From Candidatus Nomurabacteria bacterium (GTDB taxonomy: Bacteria > Patescibacteriota > Minisyncoccia > Phycocordibacterales > UBA1006), in contig JACKGA010000001.1 in the NCBI GenBank assembly GCA_020632195.1, positions 45,673 through 109,672 of the forward strand: a DNA stretch of 64,000 nt, written 5' to 3'. Shown here piece after piece: positions 19,716 to 28,697 of the stretch. The notes under the pieces were generated by a model that worked only from the letters and a program-made list of their open reading frames with translations, ran no database searches and was not told the origin of the DNA. Both the position numbers and the translations under genes were made by a program. Position 1 is the first letter of the stretch. Each line of letters starts with the position of its first letter.

Positions 19716-20261
19716 TTAAGCCTGGAAATTAGAAACAATATAATTTACAGCATCAGTGAGAGTTTTTGCGGTATATAGCGCATCTTCCGAAACGACATCT
19801 TTATTGGTAGCAGTTTTAACCAAGATGCCACCTTTGCAACCTGCTCTGAGTGCGGCCGTAATATCTGATTGATTATCTCCAACCATATAGACGCTGCCTA
19901 TATCTAGATTGAAGTCCTTAGCAGCATCTAGCAACATGTTTGGCCCAGGCTTACGCCAATCTGAAGCGTCAGGCTTATTCATTTCTCCATTCATATAGGT
20001 TTTGAGAATATTAATTCCACTTTTTTCAAGTTCTTTCACAATGATGTCTTGAATTTTCCAAAACTCTTCTTCACTAAGTCGACCCTCCTCAATGCCAGCT
20101 TGATTGGTAATTATGACAATTGAAAAACCATTCTCTGCTAAAACTGATAGCGCGCTCACACTATCTTCAAAAAACTCAATCTTTTCAATTTTGTCTATTC
20201 GATAATCTTCTGGATCACGAACCAGCACACCATCTCTATCAAAAAATACTACTTTATTCAT
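19716..20261 (-). CDS. HAD-IIIA family phosphatase (GmhB / histidinol-phosphatase-like)
   Basis: FFDRDGVL motif I, ITNQ motif II, RKPGPNML and GDNQSDITAALRAG motif IV. Confidence 0.75.
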   Translation of the reverse strand: MNKVVFFDRDGVLVRDPEDYRIDKIEKIEFFEDSVSALSVLAENGFSIVIITNQAGIEEGRLSEEEFWKIQDIIVKELEKSGINILKTYMNGEMNKPDASDWRKPGPNMLLDAAKDFNLDIGSVYMVGDNQSDITAALRAGCKGGILVKTATNKDVVSEDALYTAKTLTDAVNYIVSNFQA

Positions 20262-20300
20262 ACATCAATTATATCAACTTTCTAATATATTTGTTCGAAC

Positions 20301-20816
20301 TCACCTTGTATTATCACAAAGAAACACAGGAATTGAATCATATTCAAACCCCTCTTCTTCAAGAAGAGCTAGGGCAACTAAACGGTGGAGTCCGTCTACA
20401 TGCTTGAGGGTCTCATTGATTACTGCAAGTGTGATAGTGCTGGTGAACCCATTTTTCTTAATTTGTTGTTTTAGATATTCAATATTGTCAACACAGCCCT
20501 GGCTATAGTCTTTTGGTCGGTTCTTGTACAAATTAACGACCTCGGAAAATGGTGTATCGAGAGTAATGAGGACTAGCTCATCTTCATTAAAAGGATCATG
20601 TCCATGTTGGGGTAAGAGAATATTTTGTATTTGATCTCTGGATAATTCTCCTTGGTACCAAGTGTCTCCATACACTTCACCTAGATGCTTTACGTAGTCA
20701 ATACTCCAACCATTACTCGTAGTAGCCCAGGCTGTGCCATCTTTCTGATTTTCTAAATCGGAAACTACCTCATTGATAGAAATCTTTTTTTCATTTGTAA
20801 GTTTTATTTTTACCAT
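20301..20816 (-). CDS. hypothetical protein with a C-terminal ParB/Srx-like motif
   Basis: KHVDGLHRLVALALL resembles the DGxHR core of ParB-like nuclease domains. The start is taken at the internal MVKIKL. Confidence 0.4.
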   Translation of the reverse strand: MVKIKLTNEKKISINEVVSDLENQKDGTAWATTSNGWSIDYVKHLGEVYGDTWYQGELSRDQIQNILLPQHGHDPFNEDELVLITLDTPFSEVVNLYKNRPKDYSQGCVDNIEYLKQQIKKNGFTSTITLAVINETLKHVDGLHRLVALALLEEEGFEYDSIPVFLCDNTR

Positions 20817-20817
20817 A

Positions 20818-21216
20818 TTATTTATTGTTAATTTGATATAAAGCAACTGTTGTCGCACACGCAACATTTAGAGAAGAAACAGATCCTCTCATTGGGAGCG
20901 AGAGTAGTAAGTCGGCAGAACTCTTTAAAAATGAACTTAATCCCACCGTTTCATTACCCACCAAAAGAATCGTGTGCTTGGGAAATTGATAATTCAATAA
21001 CTGCTGTTCTGACTTTGCAGATGTTCCAATTACCTGAGCTCCTTTTTGTTTCATTCCCAAAATCCATTCTGTAAACTCTTGGTTTGATCCAAAATGCTGA
21101 ACTGGTACAGAAAAACAAGCACCAATACTTGCCCGTATCGTCTTTGGGTCATGTATGTTTGTAGCATGTCCTAAGATAGAGCGAGCACGGGAAAATCTTC
21201 CCAAGTCTTGCAACAT
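20818..21216 (-). CDS. SPOUT (SpoU/TrmH-type) RNA methyltransferase, minimal form (132 aa)
   Basis: Motif II ILLVGNETVGLS and motif III LPMRGSVSSLNVACATTVALYQ. The N-terminal motif I is degenerate (IHDPKTIRASIGA). The 5' end collides with the opposing methyltransferase fragment. Confidence 0.55.
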   Translation of the reverse strand: MLQDLGRFSRARSILGHATNIHDPKTIRASIGACFSVPVQHFGSNQEFTEWILGMKQKGAQVIGTSAKSEQQLLNYQFPKHTILLVGNETVGLSSFLKSSADLLLSLPMRGSVSSLNVACATTVALYQINNK

Positions 21217-21784
21217 AATTTCTTCTGATGTGAAAAGTCTCCCCTATGAAGATGCTTTCTTTGACAAGGTAGTTATTAAAATGGGACTCCATGAAAACCC
21301 TTATATAGACCAGCAGGTTATCGTTAACGAATTTTTTCGTGTACTCAAGCCTGGGGGTAAGTTAATTATCTGGGAACTATATTTGAATGAAAAAACGCAA
21401 CCTATTTTCCAAAAAGTTATTCGTAAGAAAGATCAACTTGCAGGATTTACATCGCTTGTAAAAAAGCGCTATTTTCAAAGAAAAGATGAGATGAAGCATT
21501 TTCTTGATATGGCTGGGTTTATTGATTTTAGAGAGGTGTTTGTATTTAACCCAGCTTTACATACCAAGGTAAGACTTAATGAATTAGTATCACTCGAGAC
21601 AAAAGAAGGAGTGACTGATGTTAACTTACTTGAACTAGCACAATCACGTCTCAACGAACTGAACGAAACACTCCGTTCATTGACTGATGAAGAAAAGGAA
21701 GTTATCGGCATGAAGGACCTTGGCGAAGATATTCTCATTCACAACATTGAGAAGGGTATTGTCACAGCCATGAAACCCAAATAA
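21155..21784 (+). pseudogene. class I SAM-dependent methyltransferase lacking the N-terminal SAM-binding motif I (5'-truncated)
   Basis: The region from post-I to motif III is present (LPYEDAFFDKVV...RVLKPGGKLII), but there is no GxGxG segment, and an in-frame stop sits 57 nt upstream of the first ATG. The 5' end overlaps the SPOUT gene on the opposite strand by 62 nt. Confidence 0.4.
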
Positions 21785-21812
21785 TTATGGAAACTATTCC
21801 GCGTCATGCACT

Positions 21813-21848
21813 AACAAGAACCCTATTTCGTGTAGGGTTCTTGTTGTA
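21813..21848 (+). terminator. hairpin terminator
   Basis: acaagaaccct-atttcgtgt-agggttcttgt. Confidence 0.45.
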
Positions 21849-21884
21849 TGGGTGGAGGGAAATCGAGGAGTAATCGAACTACTG

Positions 21885-22604
21885 CTATTTCTCATTCCAT
21901 ATTACCTCAAAAATCTTCTTAAAAGAATCTGCAATTATTTGATTGATAATAAGCACCCCTACTGGATTTTTCTGATTGAATTGAATAAGAGAAATGCGAT
22001 TGCTATAAATATTTAATTCAATCCCTAGATCATTCAAGCCTTCAACAAATTTCATTTCTCTTAATAAATCCCTTTCTCTTTGGGTATCGTCAACTCCTTT
22101 CTTTGATCGAGCGAGAATACTTTTTACATGAATATTGTGGTTTATACGCTCTGGAAAGTACTCTGTCTCCATAAAATCACCCATAGTTTCATATGCTTTG
22201 TCGTAATCAGTAATAGCATAGATAATTCCTCTCTTGTTATTCCGCCAACTATCATGATAGAGATTTTTTACAGCACTATTCCCTGTAAAATACCGCACTT
22301 CTGGTTTAGTCAGTACATCCTTCTTATTCAATGCGAAATTATCCAACTGACCCAGACTATCCTCTAGTTGTTTAATTTGCTCTATCTTCCACTTCTTGTA
22401 TTCCTCAAAGCTAATTGAAGAAAAAAGGTCGCCCGTTTCAGATTTGCTCCGTATCACTAAGCCTTTGCGTTCTAGGCTTTCGAGCGGTCGATATAATGCC
22501 GTCCTTGATATGTTTGTTTCTTTTGCAAGGCTACTTACTTTGAGTGGAGTAGTTGCTTGAAAAAGTATCGTGATAATTTTTGTCTCTACAGAATCTAAAA
22601 TCAT
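21885..22604 (-). CDS. TrmB-like winged-helix transcriptional regulator
   Basis: N-terminal wHTH VSSLAKETNISRTALYRPLESLERKGLV plus a C-terminal effector-type domain of about 150 aa. Two further paralogous regulators are in the window. Confidence 0.55.
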   Translation of the reverse strand: MILDSVETKIITILFQATTPLKVSSLAKETNISRTALYRPLESLERKGLVIRSKSETGDLFSSISFEEYKKWKIEQIKQLEDSLGQLDNFALNKKDVLTKPEVRYFTGNSAVKNLYHDSWRNNKRGIIYAITDYDKAYETMGDFMETEYFPERINHNIHVKSILARSKKGVDDTQRERDLLREMKFVEGLNDLGIELNIYSNRISLIQFNQKNPVGVLIINQIIADSFKKIFEVIWNEK

Positions 22605-22721
22605 AAAGCAAGTATTACCTTTTACTTTTTTGTTGTCAAGTTGTCACAACATATTTACTAATACGAGCATCTTTGTAATTATAGAAATTGAATACATTTG
22701 ATCATCAAAAAATAAATTATT

Positions 22722-23072
22722 ATGGACATACAACATTATTTACAGAAAAAGAATCTTTCTCCTATTGTTTCAGTTGAAGGAAACGGGATTATTCCCCTTT
22801 CTAAGGAGCAATATGAAGAGATAAGACCAATCACAACGGCACAGACGAGGTTGAAACCTGGGCAACGCACAAAAGCTCACGTGCATAAGGAGACTTCTTT
22901 CTATTTAGTGAAAGGACTAGCATTAGAGCTTTATAAAAATGTGGTTGAATTGCCTCAGCAAGCACTGGTGATAATCAAGCCAGGAGTAGAACACCCGTGG
23001 ATTGCTCATACGAGTGGAGAAGTGTGTGATGTTCCAGCGAATTTCGTACATAAACCTCACATAGTTCTATAA
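22722..23072 (+). CDS. cupin-fold protein
   Basis: KAHVHKETSFYLVKG...IIKPGVEHPW resembles the two-His cupin motif pattern. Confidence 0.5.
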   Translation: MDIQHYLQKKNLSPIVSVEGNGIIPLSKEQYEEIRPITTAQTRLKPGQRTKAHVHKETSFYLVKGLALELYKNVVELPQQALVIIKPGVEHPWIAHTSGEVCDVPANFVHKPHIVL

Positions 23073-23090
23073 AATAGAAAACCCTACGTA

Positions 23091-23122
23091 CAAAACCATC
23101 ACAATAATGTGATGGTTTTTGT
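23091..23122 (+). terminator. Rho-independent terminator
   Basis: caaaaccatcac-aataa-tgtgatggtttttg. Confidence 0.7.
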
Positions 23123-23227
23123 ATGGGAATACTGTGGGATGGGTATTGTGTAGTTTTTTTGTGAAAAATTAAGCAAAAAAAATACGCAACTAGGGATTTC
23201 TCTAGTTGCGATTTTAATTTTTAAGTT

Positions 23228-23452
23228 TTAAAAAACTTCTTTTCTTGGTGGGCTAAATCTTGGCAGATAAATACCGAAATAACCCATAATTGCAGTAAGT
23301 ACACCTCCTACTAAAATAAGTAGAAAAGATGTTCCGAATAGCTTCCAAGTGATTTCTTGATTGCCTTGGTGAGCAAGAGCAACGGTAGCCATTCCTGTAA
23401 TAAAGAAAAGTAGGAAAAGTAACAGAAATGTTATTAAGAATATCTTTTTCAT
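23228..23452 (-). CDS. small membrane protein (74 aa)
   Basis: Two hydrophobic helices. It begins MKKIF, as does the upstream neighbour. Confidence 0.4.
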   Translation of the reverse strand: MKKIFLITFLLLFLLFFITGMATVALAHQGNQEITWKLFGTSFLLILVGGVLTAIMGYFGIYLPRFSPPRKEVF

Positions 23453-23458
23453 CTGTAT

Positions 23459-23776
23459 TTATTTTTTGGTTTTAAATTCGTGATAACTCACATCTCTTTT
23501 ATCTATAATCTGGAAGATATGATATAGCAATCTTTTTCTAAAACAGATTATAAAAGCTAAAGAAGAGATGGAGGAAAAGATAGCAACCCACGAAGAGAGC
23601 AAGCTATTTCCGTCTAAATAGTTATTTGGAAGTACATAATGCTCACCGTTCGTGATAATCAAACTGGCAAAAACAAGAAATGCAAAAGCTAGAGCTACAA
23701 ACAAGACGGTAAAAATTGCTGCAGTCAGCACAAAAGCGTTTTCTTCGCTTAATTTTTTGTTGAATATTTTTTTCAT
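23459..23776 (-). CDS. small membrane protein (105 aa)
   Basis: Two to three hydrophobic helices; tandem with the 74-aa ORF. Confidence 0.45.
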   Translation of the reverse strand: MKKIFNKKLSEENAFVLTAAIFTVLFVALAFAFLVFASLIITNGEHYVLPNNYLDGNSLLSSWVAIFSSISSLAFIICFRKRLLYHIFQIIDKRDVSYHEFKTKK

Positions 23777-23974
23777 ATTTAAAAGAATTTTATTACTTCA
23801 AACTTATCATGTTCACTTGACAAAGTCAACTCTATTCTATGTATTTAAAAAGATTTATATGTTTTCAATGTCGCTGTTTGGATAATGTTCCACATTCTGC
23901 ACAGACATAGAAATCTTCTTTTATGTAGGGTTTTTTCTTATACGCGTGGAGGAAAATTTAGGGCAAATCGAACT

Positions 23975-24012
23975 TAAGTAAAAAAGCACCTCGAACAAAA
24001 TGTGTTCGAGGG
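23975..24012 (-). terminator. Rho-independent terminator downstream of the NUDIX gene
   Basis: On the minus strand the cctcgaac/gttcgagg stem is followed by tgctttttt. Confidence 0.55.
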
Positions 24013-24018
24013 CTTGTG

Positions 24019-24483
24019 TTAAATATTTTCAAGTGTATGACGATGACCGTCTGGAAGATTGAAGTTTTCAAGTTCTTCTCTTGTCAGCCAAATAGCTTCG
24101 TGACGTTCTTTTTCCTCTTGTGAGACTTCAACTTGTTCTTCATCAATCAGTTCAAAGAGAAAACATTTGAAATGGGCAAGACGATTAACTTTTTTACCTC
24201 CGTGGTAAAAAAGAGCGTCATATGGAGGTAATTCCTTAATAAGTGATAGATTTACGTATCCTGTTTCCTCTTTAACTTCTTCTCTTGAGGCTTGTTCTGG
24301 TGTTTGCCCCTCTTCAATGCCTCCCGTTATAAATGTTTCCCAATCGAGTTTTTTCCAGCGCAATGCTAAATACTTTTGATTTTTAGGGTTTCTAACAATA
24401 ACGGTCACAGCATCACGTTCTATCGTTTCAACATCCTCACGTGGTGCGTCTTTTCCTTTGTCTATAAACTTTGGTATATTCAT
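24019..24483 (-). CDS. NUDIX hydrolase
   Basis: Nudix box GGIEEGQTPEQASREEVKEETGY. Confidence 0.8.
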   Translation of the reverse strand: MNIPKFIDKGKDAPREDVETIERDAVTVIVRNPKNQKYLALRWKKLDWETFITGGIEEGQTPEQASREEVKEETGYVNLSLIKELPPYDALFYHGGKKVNRLAHFKCFLFELIDEEQVEVSQEEKERHEAIWLTREELENFNLPDGHRHTLENI

Positions 24484-24648
24484 ATTTTTAATTTGAAATC
24501 ATTTTAACACAAAAAAATAAAGCTGTTTAATATTTTCTTCCAAAATATCTGTTCGAATCGTATCCCAAAGATTGCACATAAAAACATAAAGACTACCCCT
24601 TCGGAGGTAATTTTTAATTAAAAAAAATTTTGATATACTAACTACCAT

Positions 24649-25185
24649 ATGAAACATGCCAAAAAAATACAATCTATCCTGCCTTATATACTAGCAACGC
24701 TGGTTGCTGGTCTTGGAATTGGCTTACTCTTAGCGCTCCTTTTCTTCCCCAAGCCAGCCAAATCTCCTATTTTCCCAGCATTTTCGCCAGAGATTGCACA
24801 GGGAGAGACGTCTGGGTCCCATATGAATATGGCACAGGATCACGATCACGGGGCCTATGACTTCCAGGGCGATATAGACGATGCCCCATCTTTTACCCTC
24901 GAAGCTGAGCGTGACTCTATGAGCGGTATCAATCTGCATATAGTGACACACAACTTCACCTTCACGCCTGAGGTTGTGAATGAGGATCCGGTCGAAAATA
25001 CTGGGCATGCTCACCTTTATATCAACGGCACCAAATTTGGACGTGTTTATAGCGAGTGGTTCTATATCCCCCAATATTTTCTTAATGATGAGGGATTTAA
25101 TACGCTCTGCGTAACACTCAATGCGAATAATCATGATGAATACATGGTCGCTGGGAAGCCCTTGTATACCTGCATCGAACGATAG
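24649..25185 (+). CDS. membrane-anchored His-rich protein (178 aa)
   Basis: N-terminal transmembrane segment, then an extracytoplasmic domain with an HMNMAQDHDHGAYD cluster, possibly metal-binding. Confidence 0.5.
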   Translation: MKHAKKIQSILPYILATLVAGLGIGLLLALLFFPKPAKSPIFPAFSPEIAQGETSGSHMNMAQDHDHGAYDFQGDIDDAPSFTLEAERDSMSGINLHIVTHNFTFTPEVVNEDPVENTGHAHLYINGTKFGRVYSEWFYIPQYFLNDEGFNTLCVTLNANNHDEYMVAGKPLYTCIER

Positions 25186-25444
25186 ATGATATACTAAAAA
25201 ATGTATGTTTAGTATTGATAGTATTGTATTCTTTGTATTACTCGCTGATAGCCTCGTGGCTAACATTATTGCTTGGTTTGGCTCTCGTTGGTATCTTGAT
25301 CATTTTCAGATTATGTCTCGCTGGCTTCCTCTTACCAAGGCATGGTCACTCGGCTATTTTCTCATCGTGTTGTGGGTAGGAAGTATTTTGTTGCGCGCAG
25401 GAGCTTTTTAACATTATTCATGCTATTTTTTATTTTCTCTATCT

Positions 25445-25915
25445 ATGTCAAAGAAAAAAACAAATCAACTCGTCCCTATTATTGTTGCTGTTCTGGCTGT
25501 CTTTCTCGTAGCGGTTATCTTGGTCATGCTGCTGCTAAATAAATCACCCCAACAACTATCACTTGAGCAGGCTGAGCCCGTTCTTGAACTCATGCGAGAG
25601 CGCTTCCCCGATTCGCCAATTTACGAACATATCACTGATCCTACAAGTATTGTCCTTGTTGCAAATCCCAATGGGCTTGCCTGTAATGCGGCGCGCACGT
25701 TTATTACCGAACTTGATTACCCCTACTATCTCTATCAAATCAATGAAGAAGATTATTTGGAAGATATTACCAATCAAGATGATGAATCCTGCCCGATTGA
25801 TGAAGATAACCTTGCTGGATTGAACGCCTACCCCACTATTTTTATAAAAGATACCGTCTTTATCGGCTTCAACAAGAAGGTCAAAAAACAAATCCTTGAG
25901 ATGATCAAATCGTAA
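25445..25915 (+). CDS. membrane-anchored hypothetical protein with a thioredoxin-fold-like C-terminus
   Basis: N-terminal transmembrane segment. VLVANPNGLACNAAR ... AYPTIFIKDTVFIGFNKKVKKQILEMI resembles a glutaredoxin-like fold in which the CxxC is reduced to CNAA. Confidence 0.45.
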   Translation: MSKKKTNQLVPIIVAVLAVFLVAVILVMLLLNKSPQQLSLEQAEPVLELMRERFPDSPIYEHITDPTSIVLVANPNGLACNAARTFITELDYPYYLYQINEEDYLEDITNQDDESCPIDEDNLAGLNAYPTIFIKDTVFIGFNKKVKKQILEMIKS

Positions 25916-25940
25916 AGGATACACAGTATATCTTTGTACG

Positions 25941-25967
25941 AAAAATACCCCGTCAGGGGTATTTTTC
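25941..25967. terminator. bidirectional Rho-independent terminator
   Basis: aaaatacccc-gtca-ggggtattttt, between convergent genes. Confidence 0.75.
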
Positions 25968-25999
25968 TATAGGAAGCTGTCTGAACAAATGCTCTCAAT

Positions 26000-26425
26000 T
26001 TATTTTTTCAAAGCATCACGGATTTCAGTCAAAAGTTCAACTTCGCTCGGGCCTGTTGGTTCTTCTTTTACCGGCTTTTCTTTTTTCATTTTATTAATCG
26101 TTTTTACAACAAAAAACAGTGCCAAAGAAACAAGCAAAAAGGCAATAATTGCATTGATAAAGAGACCATAGCCTAAAGCGACTCCTCCAGCTTCACGAAC
26201 AGCAGCAATCGAAGTCATGTCGACACCCGTCATCACTTCTGGCTTTACCAATACCACAAAAAGATTTGAAAAGTCTGGAACACGAAAGATTCCTGAGATA
26301 AGTGGCATAATCATATCATCTACCAATGATTTCACGACAGTACCAAAGGCGGCACCAATAATGATACCTACCGCCATATCAATCATATTCCCTTTCACTG
26401 CAAATTCTTTAAATTCTTTCAACAT
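26000..26425 (-). CDS. mscL: large-conductance mechanosensitive channel
   Basis: MLKEFKEFAVKGNMIDMAVGIIIGAAFGTVVKSLVDDMIMP matches the MscL N-terminus and TM1. The track's two extra residues (MY) come from a TTG codon, not an ATG. Confidence 0.9.
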   Translation of the reverse strand: MLKEFKEFAVKGNMIDMAVGIIIGAAFGTVVKSLVDDMIMPLISGIFRVPDFSNLFVVLVKPEVMTGVDMTSIAAVREAGGVALGYGLFINAIIAFLLVSLALFFVVKTINKMKKEKPVKEEPTGPSEVELLTEIRDALKK

Positions 26426-26507
26426 ATACAAAAAATAAAAAATAATAATGAATATAGTATATCAATTCTATTGCAATACACACGAGCGTATTCCCCTATA
26501 GCTGATT

Positions 26508-27761
26508 TTATTCATACTGTGGGACAAACTCTCCTGCAGGAACCCATCGATCGGGTTCTCGAGTATTATCAATATTGCCTGTCCCGTTCCCGCCATTAGT
26601 GCCGGAACCGCCGTTGCTTGTATCAGTATCTTCTTGGTCTGGTTGGATATTGGCTACATCAGTCTCGGTGCTCGATGGGGTATATGAGGCAAAGTTAAAG
26701 GCATTGAAATCACTATGACATTCTGGGTCTTGTACATCTACAAGATTATCACCATCATTATCAATACCATCCCCACAACTGTTACCATTGAGGCTCGTCG
26801 TGCTTGACCCGCTTCCACTAGTATTTGTGGTCGTGGTCGTGGTAGTAGTCGTCCCACCAGAAGAAGTATTTGATGATGTGTTCGTGGTGGTACCACTTGA
26901 TGATGCCCCACTAGTCGTAATAGGTGAACCAACCACATAACTCCCACGTCGTTTTTGAAATTCGATCGGAATGGTATAGAGTGTATTCATTTCAGGAATA
27001 GCATTTGCACGCTGAAGTGTAATATATCCATACTTTTTGGCAGGCCAGAACTGATAATCATGAACAATGGCTTGGAAAACGGTAAACTCATCACCATCAA
27101 TTTCCTGCTGAGCAATGGCTGCGCCATAAGCTACGAGATTATCTTTTTTGTCATATACCTGCACAGGAAATTGGCCATTTTCATCATACCAATAGCCACG
27201 CGCCTTCCCAATCACTTGAAATGGTGGTGCGACAACTTGTTCATACAATGGCTGCGAGACGACAATATCGGCGATATTTTGAGTCTGTGAAAAATATGAA
27301 TGACTGCCTCGGCGCCCAAAAAATACGATAATGAAAATAAAAGCAGCAAGCGCAAGGAGCAGGAATCCAATAATCAAAGAACGAAACTGGCGCCGATCCA
27401 TACCACCATGGTGAGTCTTATATTCGGCTGGAGTTGGTGGATAATAGACATGCTCAGGTTGATAGAAAAAAGTCTCAGCTTTACCATCCTGGGACGGGAG
27501 CACATATGGTTGCTGAGCTTGCGGCATAGGCTGCTGCATACCAAAAGAAGAAGATGGTTGTTGCTGAACCAGAGGTTGAGAGATGGGAGAGGGTTGCCCA
27601 GCAGGTGGAGCATATCTCGAGTCGGGAGCAATCGAAGCTGCCTGCGGAGCTACGGAAGCAGAAGAAGCCTGTTCGCCATCAACTACCGCATCCTCGGGAA
27701 GGAATGGCGTGTAGTCATTTTTATTTGGGCTTTGACCATCAGAAGCGCGGAATGTTTGCAT
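26508..27761 (-). CDS. hypothetical single-pass membrane protein with Pro/Gln-rich N-terminus and Ser/Thr-rich extracellular stalk (417 aa)
   Basis: Transmembrane segment LIIGFLLLALAAFIFIIVFF, a poly-Thr/Ser linker and a CGDGIDNDGDNLVDVQDPEC calcium-binding-like motif. Confidence 0.6.
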   Translation of the reverse strand: MQTFRASDGQSPNKNDYTPFLPEDAVVDGEQASSASVAPQAASIAPDSRYAPPAGQPSPISQPLVQQQPSSSFGMQQPMPQAQQPYVLPSQDGKAETFFYQPEHVYYPPTPAEYKTHHGGMDRRQFRSLIIGFLLLALAAFIFIIVFFGRRGSHSYFSQTQNIADIVVSQPLYEQVVAPPFQVIGKARGYWYDENGQFPVQVYDKKDNLVAYGAAIAQQEIDGDEFTVFQAIVHDYQFWPAKKYGYITLQRANAIPEMNTLYTIPIEFQKRRGSYVVGSPITTSGASSSGTTTNTSSNTSSGGTTTTTTTTTNTSGSGSSTTSLNGNSCGDGIDNDGDNLVDVQDPECHSDFNAFNFASYTPSSTETDVANIQPDQEDTDTSNGGSGTNGGNGTGNIDNTREPDRWVPAGEFVPQYE

Positions 27762-27909
27762 GACACTTATTATACCTTGTGTACGATAGTTGGGGCAAGA
27801 AAAAACTATATTTAAAAATCCTCTCGATGCGACTCTTGTCTCGCCCCCTTGGGGACTGCATAAAAAAAGAGCCTCGAATCCTATCGGGTCCGAGACTACT
27901 TTTTATAGG

Positions 27910-27982
27910 TGCCCCCGGAAGGGCTCGAACCTTCGACCGTCAGCTTAAAAGGCTGCTGCTCTACCAGCTGAGCTACAAGGGC
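27910..27982 (-). tRNA. tRNA-Lys (anticodon TTT)
   Basis: The minus-strand sequence gcccttg ta gctcagctggtagagc a gcagc CTTTTAA gctga cggtc gaaggttcgagcccttc cgggggc a folds as a cloverleaf. The acceptor stem has two G-U pairs, there is one mismatch at positions 27-43, and the T-loop is TTCGAGC. Confidence 0.85.
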
Positions 27983-27996
27983 ATGAAATCTGGTGT

Positions 27997-28096
27997 ATAT
28001 CGCATATGTAGTTTCTTCATGGTTTGGACAGCCTTTTCTGAAAAGGCGTTCGTGTGTCCACCGGACACACTCACCTCTCCCAGTGAAACTACAAAA
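27997..28096. other. structured ~100-nt element flanked by 14-nt direct repeats (candidate small RNA or MITE-like insertion)
   Basis: The direct repeat gcatgaaatctggt occurs at 27981..27994 and 28098..28111. Inside, an outer stem tgtagtttc/gaaactaca encloses the hairpins gcctttt-ctg-aaaaggc and gtgtgtcc-acc-ggacacac. Confidence 0.35.
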
Positions 28097-28215
28097 GCAT
28101 GAAATCTGGTACCTCTATGAATTTTCTCAAACCAGATACTCATTATTTCTTTAGTAAAAAATATTACTAAAACACGCGTCACTATACCAACAAATATGAT
28201 AATATCAAGGCATCT

Positions 28216-28695
28216 ATGGAAATCCATCTTGTCCTCAACAATCTGCGTAGCGTCTACAATACGGGATCATTATTCCGCACCGCTGATGCGGCGGGCGTTG
28301 TTCATATACACCTTGTCGGCACAACGCCCGCCCCAACCGACCGTTTTGGTCGCATACGCAAAGACTTTCACAAAACAGCCCTTGGCGCCGAGGCAATAGT
28401 ACCGTGGACATATCACAGAGATTTTGCTTCGTGCGTAGATGAATTGCAGAAAAAAAATATTTCTATTATTGCCATCGAGCAAGATGAAAAATCAATCCCG
28501 TATACCCGCATTCCTTTAGAGGTGCCACTGGCGCTTGTCGTTGGCAACGAGCCAGAAGGATTCTCTCCTGAAGATTTGGCTCTCTGCGATACTGTTGCCG
28601 AGATCCCTCAGTATGGAGAAAAAGAATCACTCAATGTCGCCATTGCAGCGGGGATAGTATTGTTTGATGTGGTGAGGAGAATGAGAGGTGTATAA
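28216..28695 (+). CDS. SPOUT (TrmH/TrmL-like) RNA 2'-O-methyltransferase
   Basis: Motif I LVLNNLRSVYNTGSLFRTADAAGV, motif II LALVVGNEPEGFS, motif III SLNVAIAAGIVLFDV. Confidence 0.85.
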   Translation: MEIHLVLNNLRSVYNTGSLFRTADAAGVVHIHLVGTTPAPTDRFGRIRKDFHKTALGAEAIVPWTYHRDFASCVDELQKKNISIIAIEQDEKSIPYTRIPLEVPLALVVGNEPEGFSPEDLALCDTVAEIPQYGEKESLNVAIAAGIVLFDVVRRMRGV

Positions 28696-28697
28696 TA

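Noticed and set aside
19457-19738. Two overlapping ORFs (93 aa on the minus strand, 78 aa on the plus strand)
   Set aside because: Both lie on top of the tRNA-Gly gene and its terminator.
25205-25411. 68-aa hydrophobic plus-strand ORF between two membrane-protein genes
   Set aside because: It could be a genuine small membrane protein. There is no RBS or conservation evidence visible from the sequence alone, so it is left uncalled.
27300-27815. 171-aa plus-strand ORF
   Set aside because: It is antisense within the 26508..27761 membrane-protein gene.
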